Positions 55,436 through 64,000 of a stretch of DNA of 64,000 nt are shown piece by piece. The notes under the pieces are model-generated. The model made no database searches. It was not told the origin of the DNA and saw only the letters and a program-made list of their open reading frames with translations. The first letter of the stretch is position 1, and every line of letters begins with the position of its first letter. A program made the translations under genes and the position numbers. The DNA is from Amoebidium appalachense (taxonomy: Eukaryota > Protista > Ichthyosporea). Where the stretch lies: the NCBI GenBank assembly GCA_963693365.1, contig CAVNZM010000001.1, forward strand, positions 8,262,907-8,326,906, read 5' to 3'.

Positions 55436-56210
55436 CCCCCCCCCCCCCCCCCTTCCCCCGGCCTACCCGTGCCACCAGGGTGTCTTATCAAGGCTACGAG
55501 GGTGTGTGCATATGAATATTCACACACGTGCTTATGAGGCCCTGAGGATTAATAGAGCCCCCAACCATCAAAAAATTCACGTTTGCCGGGAAGGCGCGTA
55601 ATTCCTACAACACCGGAAATTTGGGGGAAAACGGGTTGAACCCCGAAGACTGGTCCAGGAGGATAGGCAGCCCAACCTTCACGAGCGACCATATTATCTC
55701 CCATGACCCCAAGACAAAGATAAGCAAATTGGTGAATTTGTACCAGGCAATGGTACCCCACCTACCGAAATTATTATTAGTATTATTTTTTACCGGGTTT
55801 TCCATCACGATTTCTGCACTGTTACATATATGGTGGTATAGGTGGTTCTGATTCAAACCCATGCAGTGTCGCGCCAAGAAACTCGAACGGATTCACCGGA
55901 ATATCTGAAATTCTACAGGCCCATGGACTGGGGATCAGACGCCGGGAGAGAAAATTCGGCAACGTCTCTGATTTATGTTTTTGGTGCACCCATTCCGCCA
56001 CCTCTCTCAGACAGAAACGCCACCGTAACGGTGCGAAATTTCGGTGCAAACGGATGAGGAATTTCCTTCACGTGTGTCTGTGGAAGTTTCTGGACTGCAC
56101 GAGAATGTCGCTGCCGTGTGCCACGTGCACCTGATGGTAGTACCGAAAATGTCCTTGAACAGATTGTATATCACAGATCCCGATGTCTTTTAACCCGGGA
56201 GTTTTTATTT

Positions 56211-56263
<53 letters not shown>

Positions 56264-56667
56264 TTATTATATACTTCCCACTTTTTTCCTTCCCCCCCCC
56301 CCCCCCCCCCCCCCCCTTTTTTTTTTCCCTTTTTTTTATTTATTTATTTTTTTTTTGGGGGGGGGGGGGGGGGGAGGATCCCTCATGTGTGCATCACCTG
56401 CGATTTTGGATCCCGATTTCTTTAAGGATTTATTATTTTAAGCCGTTTTAGCGAAATTATTATAGAAATTTTTTTCTTTTATGTTTTTATGTATGTATAT
56501 AGGCTGAACGCGATTAACTGCTGAAAAGTGATTACCGGAAATGAACTCCCTTAGACGAATTTGACGCTCATCAGAAACACATGTACAGCGATTTGTCGCG
56601 ATTGCAAATTTCTATCCAATCTGCACCAAATGCTCAGCTATGAATATCATTTTAACAAAAAAAAACA

Positions 56668-56819
56668 AAAAAAAAAACGATTACTTGAGTTTATCAAAGA
56701 AAAGTTGTGCATTTCAGCACATGACTAAAAAACAGGTGGAGAAAGAAAAGTGCAGTCCGACAGGAAGAGTACGATTGTTTTCCCCGGCCCTTGCAAACCC
56801 AGATTCCTTACCAGTATGA

Positions 56820-56898
<79 letters not shown>

Positions 56899-58673
56899 AC
56901 GGTCTGTGTGTGTCACAGTGTGTGTGTCGCGCATATGTGCATGTACATGGCGTGTGCGTTTGCGCGCGCACGCGATTGCTCGCACGTGTGTGTACACGCT
57001 TGTGTGGGTGTGTGTGTGCGCGTGCACTTGTATGTGGAGGGGAGAGGGGACTGGGGGGTGCCTTCAACCAGATACATGGTTGTGGTTGTGCTGGTGTTGT
57101 TAGAAGCGAGTTTTTTTGGGATGAAAGGTTGGGGGGGGGGGGGGGGGTTTGGGTAACACTTAACCTTATTGTGTTGTTGTTCTTGTCTTTTTTCTTTTGT
57201 GGGGGCCCTTCTTTTTTGGGGGGGGGGAGGAGGGGGGGGGGGGGGAGGGGGGGAGGTGAAGGGGGGGGGGGGGGGGTTGATTTGTTCTTTGGTCTGCACC
57301 ATGCAAAGAGCCTATGATTCCCACTTGGCACAAGGTTCCACTAGTCAGAAACGTGGGATCTGTGTGGCTCCCCCATGCCTCCTCCCCCTTCCCCCCCCCC
57401 CCCCTCCCCCCCCCCCCCCCCCCCCCCCAAAAAAAGGGGGGGGGGGGGGAGGGGGGGGAGTAAATAAAAGAGTCCCACAATCAAAACCAACACCGCCCCA
57501 GCACAATCCATGACTTGTACGGTCATAGCAATCGGGTGACCACCCCAAGCACAACCAACTGCATATAAATGCATCGGCTACCACACTTGGTTTTCACCTG
57601 CTGAATCTGGTAGAGTATGCCCGTCGGAACGGCATGATTTGGTCGCCCTACCACCATGGCTAAAAGTTCCTACCTTCTGGAACCTCATCCCCTCCCTTCT
57701 CTCTCTCCCCCCCCCCCCCCCCCCCCCCCCCCTTCTTCCCTATCTTTGAGGCCGGCAGGCGGGCAGGGAGAGAGAGATGTGCCTATGCTTGTGGGGGTGG
57801 GGTACAAGGAGGATGATGATATTTTATAGCAGTGAGGGTCCTTTATGGTGAAGGTGTTTGTTCTTGTAGAAACACCGCTGCAACCTAAATGTGTGGTATC
57901 GTTTGCTCCAGCCCTGTGACTGAGCGAGAGTCTGACACTAACCTCAGGTGGTTTCTGTGAGAGTATGTGTCCCTCCCATCCCTTTTCTTCTTCTTTCCTT
58001 CTATCTTTTTAAGGTGCCTCTTTTTTCTTTTCTTTTCTTTTTAATCTTTTTTTTCTTTTTTTTCTTTTTTTTTATCCCCCCGTTGTTCTTTGGGAAAGGA
58101 GGAGGAGGAAAGGAAGGGATGTGGGGTGGTGGGGGGTGTATGTGGTGTTGGTGGTGGTGAGGAGAATTTTGTGCGTGTATCTGCCACTAAATCCCCCCCC
58201 CCCCCCCCCCCCCCCCTCCCTGCCACATAAATCCCCCCCCCCCCCTCCCCCCCCTCCCCCCCCTTTCCATCCCCCCTTCCCCCCGCTCCCCCCCTTCCCC
58301 TCGCATGGCCCGCCCTCAAAAGAAGATATCAAAGACAGCCCACGAAGAGTTTTCGCGAGTCATTCACGCGCATTGTTGCCAAAAACACATGTAGCCCTGT
58401 AAAGTAGTGATGTGGTTACGTTTTTTAAATGGCGTACAGTACTGTGACACATGCCTATGCATATTTGCCGCCACATGTGCAATATCATTAATATCACATG
58501 GCTACTAAACGTAATCCATGAGTCCATAAAGGACCCTCACTGCTATAAAATATCATCCTCCTCCTTGTCCCCCACCCCCACGAGCATAGGCACATCTCTC
58601 TCTCCCTGCCCGCCTGCCGGCCTCAGAGATGCCCTCGTGCACGAGATAATGGACTCAACTTGAACCACTTCAT

Positions 58674-58730
<57 letters not shown>

Positions 58731-61032
58731 AAAAAAGCTAATCATTATGCATACACACACACGCACACACCGGCACACGCACGCACACAGGCACACACAC
58801 ACACACGCACACACGTTCGGTTGCATGTGTATGCACACTCCTACATGTGTGCAGATCATCTGCAAACGGTATATCTCAGATATGTATGTGTGTGTATGTG
58901 ACAGTGCATGCATGTGTCTTGTGTGTGTGTGCCCGTGTGTGTGTGTATGTGTGAACGTGTGCATGCATGTTTTGTGGTTGTGCATGACATATTTTTTTGT
59001 TCTGTTGCTGCTGCACATATTTGAGGCAGACAAAACTCGACGATAACTGAAATTGCAGCCAAGTTAAGAGATGTTCAAGATCTCTCCCTGAGAAGACTTC
59101 CTTCTCCGCAGAACTGCAAGCTGGTGTTGAGTAAAGTATTAGCAACATCCCCCCCCCCCCGCCCCCCCCTCCCCTTCACAAAAAAAAAAAACAAAAAAAA
59201 ACACAGTAAGCAAAAAAGCTACTAGGCTATTCTAGAAACCCCAACGTCCCCATGCACAGGGAACGAGGAGTACAAGGGCAGGGATAAAAAGAGATGTCCA
59301 CCTTCGTAAGGAGACCTCTACCCCTCCTTGAAGTCAACACCCCGGGGCCCCCCTTCTCCCCCCCTCCCCCCCCCCTCCCCCTCCTCCACCCACCCCTCCC
59401 ACCCCACCACCACCACCACCTCCTCCACCACCTCCACCACCAACACGCTGGCACCCACACACAAACACACAACATGCGATGTGCACAAAGGCATGATGTA
59501 CGCCCGAATACCACAATGAACCTGGTGTATAAAGTAGATGTGCTCTCTGCTGAAGAACGTACAATCTGACTGATGGTGCACTGACCAAGTAAGGAAAACC
59601 AACCGGGGGTGCTCCCTTCAACTTTGTGTTCGGACATTGTCCTCTCCAATATATATTGTGTGCAGGTGTGACAGGCCTGTGCGTCCGCTCGTCGTCTCAA
59701 AAACCTTCCCCCCCCCCCCCCCTTCCCCCCCCCCCTTACCCCCTCTCTCTCTCCCCCCCCCCCCCCCCCCCCCCCCCCCCCACCACACACACACACACAA
59801 AAAAAAAAGAATAGAGAGAGGAAAAAAAAGGAAAACATCACTCACACGCACATACGTACGCATGCACGCAGACATAACCAAACGGAGGTGAAATGACGTC
59901 CATGAGCACAAGGAGTGAATTGGGACATGACCATGGCACTTGACGGCAATACTTCTCATGACATCCCTTTCGGAGGGGGAGGGGGGGGGGGGGGGAAGGG
60001 GGGGGGGGGGGGTAAAGGGGGAAGGGAGGGGGGAGGGGAGGGGAGGAAGTTACAACATAGCCGGGCTTGTTCAGCAACAGATCTGGGCAACCAGAAGACA
60101 CTCTGCATTCAAGAGCATATGGCCAATGCAAGTGCATTCATCCCACCTATCAAAGAGGTGAGGTAAAGCAGATGCAGTGGTGTGGGTGGTTGCCCAGGCT
60201 GAGTTGGTGGTGAGCAAGCAACGTCAGGTATAAGGGTTTCAGAGGGTGATTGCGGGAAAAGTGTTAAGTATAATAGCAGGCAAAAAGTCTTAGATTTGAA
60301 CAGATTCTGATTGTCAGTTAGGTGGTCCAATGCATTAGGCACATAGGGACGAATTGTAGCCGTGGTGGGCTTGGTGGTGATGATGGGGGGGGGGGGGGGG
60401 GGGGGGGGTGAGCCTAAGCGATGGCAGGGAAGGTTTGGTGGTGTGAATTCGAACACGTAGCACTAAAAAGGAAAGAAGTAAAGGTGAGGGCGGGGGCAGG
60501 GGCGGGGCGGGCGTTGGGGGGGGGGGGGGGGGGGGGGGATTTGGGGGTGGGGCGGGAGGGGGGAGGGGGGGAGGGAGGGGGGATGGGTGCTTTACTGAAT
60601 ATACTTTGAGTGGATTGTTTGTTTTTGGGTTGAACACTCGTCGATGTACGTGTGCACCTTTAAAAAAAAAAAACGGTTTCGACCTCAGCATCATCCCCCC
60701 CCCCCCCCCCCCCCTCCCCCCTCTCCGTAGAACGTGACATTGTGCAGGCATGTACAGCCCGTCGTCACATTGCGCCTCCCTCCCTCCCTTCCCCTCCCCC
60801 CCCCCCCCCCCCCCCCCCCCCCGTCTTACCCTCCCCCCCTGGGGAAAAAAAAATTAAAAAAAAATAAAAAATAAAAAGGCCGTCGTGGCAAAAATATATG
60901 GCAAAGGCGAAGAGAATGAGTGATGATGACGAAATTTGTTGATGGTTATTATGACGTGTGAGCGCGTACACACAACACACACAAACACAAACACACACAC
61001 ACGCACACATCCCGTGACAAACAAACTCTACA

Positions 61033-61110
<78 letters not shown>

Positions 61111-61133
61111 TCATATTGGTAAACACACACACA

Positions 61134-61176
<43 letters not shown>

Positions 61177-61331
61177 TCATATTGGTAAGGAATCTGGGTT
61201 TGCAAGGGCCGGGGAAAACAATCGTACTCTTCCTGTCGGACTGCACTTTTCTTTCTCCACCTGTTTTTTAGTCATGTGCTGAAATGCACAACCTTTATTT
61301 GATAAACCCAAGTAATCGTTTTTTTTTGTTA
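56668..61331. repeat. Inverted repeat pair, arms about 56668-56896 and 61034-61331
   Basis: About 146-bp unique core (56677-56823 versus 61173-61319) with 4 mismatches by eye, each continued inward by (TG)n/(CA)n. Confidence 0.92.
57742..58630. repeat. Inner inverted repeat pair, arms 57742-57848 and 58524-58630
   Basis: 107-bp arms with about 4 mismatches (TGAGGCCGGCAGGCGGGCAGGGAGAGAGAGATGTGCCTATGCT...GCAGTGAGGGTCCTTTATGG). Confidence 0.92.
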
Positions 61332-61425
61332 GTTAAGTTAACCCACCCACCCACCCATACCCCCACCCCACCCCAACCTACCCCCCCCATTTCACCCCCA
61401 TTTTTCTCTGGAAGTTCGATTGCCT

Positions 61426-61456
<31 letters not shown>

Positions 61457-61466
61457 TCCCCTCCCC

Positions 61467-61521
<55 letters not shown>

Positions 61522-63306
61522 ACAAACAATACACACACACAATTTTCACCGGGTCATAATGATTGCCTGTAGTCAATATGCCCTAGGCCCTCTTAGCAAA
61601 ATAAGGCATCAACTTACGTTGCTCATAATATCGATGAACAATTGCTCATGAATGGGGCTGCACCCAGTGTTTTAGAACCAATTGTTTAATTCAGCCCGAG
61701 TCTAGTTGAGACCCAATCCCACAATCACAACACAAACATTGTTTTGAGGAGACCTTGCAAGCTGAGATTGTACCAACCGGGCGGCCATCCAAATCGAACG
61801 CTCGATTGTACAGTGCCTCAATGATACTTTCATGAGGCATACTGGCCAATTCAAGTTCCGACAGTCATTGGGTCACCCACAAATTTGGCTGAAGGCATGC
61901 TACCTCACCAACCCATCACTACGGCCCAGACTGAGCCTCCCCCCCCCCCCCTCCCTGCCCCCTGCCCCCCCCCCCCCCCCCCCCCCCCTCCCCCCCCCCT
62001 CCCACTCTTCTCGGGAGCCACATTATTCCGTACGACGAACCCTCCCTCGCTCTCTCGCATCCGATTGGACAAAACACGATCCGATGACGTAAAATCAGGG
62101 GGGGACGGTTCGATCCCCGGGCGACATCCTCTAGCGGGGGGTTGGAGGGGCGGCGGCCCCCCCATTTAGGGCCCAGACACACATAGGGTTTTGGTTATTG
62201 GGTTTATGTTTTTATTTTGGTATTTAGTTATCAAATACTGTTTTTTTAGCTGCTTATGTGGGCGATCTCCCTATACCTAGGGGGCTTCATCGTACGGACT
62301 TACCTCCCCGGGAGGTCCACCCCTCTGCCCTCGGACATCTCCCACCGATTTTCCATACACGGAATCTGCATTTGTCAATTTAACAATTGCCCTTCTGACC
62401 TCCCTCACCTCGTCACACCCCTGTTACCCCCCTCCCCCCCCCCCCCCCCCAAAGAAAATGCCTTGCGTACGGATCTGCATATACCATTATTATAGTAATA
62501 CTCTATTCACCAAGCTCCCTCTATCAACAAGTTCCACTCCTGGACAGCTCCCTCCCCTCCCCTCACTCCCCCAAGCCCCCCTCCCCCCTCCCCCCAACCA
62601 GAAACGCGTTGTGCATACACACACATCTGGCCCACCTACACACAAACACACCGTCACACACACGTCTGGTTGTGTGTACGCACACTCCTGCATGTGTAGT
62701 TTCGCCAACAGTTTATCTGGGTCCACAATGAATACATGTTCAAGTCTACATACACATATTTGTCACCGTGGGTGCACGCACATCATGTGCCTATGCCTGT
62801 GTGTGTGTGTGTGTGTTACATGTGCTTGTGTGGGTGTACTTCATACTTGGATTTTATTGGGTTGGGCACTATACGTTATGCGGGGGGCCTCAAATTCATT
62901 AGCGCTAACATATCATACGCCAATGACACATTGCAGTTGAATACTGTTCAAACACACACAGTCACTGCGCTAACAGTACATGGTTTACTCTATAGCATGT
63001 GTGCTCTCACAAGACGATATAACAGCCAGTTTAAGTCTAGATTTACATATACTATTATACATGCTAATGTACACGTGATACATGCCATATGCCAGAGAAG
63101 GAGGGTAGGCAGGGATAAGCCTTTCTCCCCATGGCCCTCCTGCAATCTCAATCAATACTGGAACGAAATAGGGACACACTACCCCGCACTCTCTTTTCTC
63201 CAGAAGAATGAAAAAAAAACAAAAAAAAAACACACGTGCATTCGTCATTTTCGGCATGTGCGCAAGTGCCAGCCTTGCGGCATGGTGCGTGTCAACTTTT
63301 CCCGCG

Positions 63307-63639
63307 CTACTGTGCCAGTGTCGTTTTCTGTACGTGCGCACGTGCCAGCCTAACCACGTGATTTGCGGCCACTGCCATACATTCCATACACGACATTGCA
63401 CTCTCATAGCCGCTGGAGTAGAAAATCCCTGGGGAGAGAACGAAAGGAGCGAATTCCGGGTTGGGGACAAGGGCCGGGAAGGCGTGGGTCCACACGTGCC
63501 TCCTTACCATGTCTGTGTGCGTGAAGATCCTGCAGGTGGGTGGTGATTTTTGCATAGGAATTAGTATGCTTTTATATATATATATATATATGTATTAATA
63601 TTTAGTGTGTCTGTTTGTACATGTAACGTGTGTGTGTTT

Positions 63640-63714
<75 letters not shown>

Positions 63715-64000
63715 ACATGTGCGCGTGCTTGTGCATGCGCGCGCGCATGTGTTTGTGTGGGTGCGAGTGTCTTGCTTACATGTGTGTCTGTGTGCTGAGC
63801 ACATGTGTGCTTGTGTGTGCGCAACTTTCCATTAGCATATGTGTGCATGTGTGTACGTTTTCTCATCATAATACATTCCCCTTGCACGTCATTTTGTTCC
63901 ACCACCCACCTGTTTAAGGTGGAATCCTCCAAAGCCTCGAGGGAGAAGATCTTATACACGGGCCCCAACGTCTTGCCGTAGCCCCCCATGCCCACTGATA
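63307..64000 (-). CDS. PCYOX1: Prenylcysteine oxidase / farnesylcysteine lyase, last two exons (gene continues beyond the window)
   Basis: Exons >64000-63910 and 63529-63307 joined in phase 2: VYKIFSLEALEDSTLNRIF...VWTHAFPALVPNPEFAPFVLSPGIFYSSGYESAMSCMECMAVAANHVVRL, matching the family C-terminal pattern WKIFS...WLAYP...YYLNGIExAASAMEMSAIAAxNxAxL. Confidence 0.8.

Noticed and set aside
60047-60125. SYNIAGL and LCIQEH, resembling the start of a LINE AP-endonuclease
   Set aside because: The motifs are in different frames and on the opposite strand to the inferred reading of the adjacent repeat; may be chance.
62100-62125. GGTTCGATCCCCGG B-box-like motif suggesting a tRNA or SINE
   Set aside because: No A box or cloverleaf could be built around it.

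Overview
Eukaryotic genomic DNA, standard genetic code, spliceosomal introns; the lineage cannot be fixed from sequence alone. Introns and intergenic DNA are saturated with poly-G/poly-C tracts and (CA/TG)n, (CT/AG)n microsatellites, so almost all ORFs in the supplied track are artefacts. By reading splice sites and exon phases I reconstruct six genes: a 5'-truncated cytosolic leucyl-tRNA synthetase (25 exons, 446-20890, +), a frameshifted MYND-finger gene (about 23236-31192, +), a three-exon Myb/SANT-like protein of the type carried by PIF/Harbinger transposons (35225-38218, -), an eight-exon endosomal syntaxin (41372-47924, -), an ABHD1/2/3-YheT type hydrolase with an intronless CDS (49392-50609, +), and the last two exons of a prenylcysteine oxidase (63307-64000, -). 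There are also hAT-type MITEs, minisatellites, dispersed repeats and two nested inverted repeats. The most unusual signal concerns splice sites: (i) degenerate 'echo' copies of exon ends plus their donor sites recur inside downstream introns of two genes, (ii) one acceptor is amplified into an array of about 16 units, and (iii) introns of two unrelated genes end in the same ~140-bp element at the same distance from the acceptor. All alignments were done by eye.
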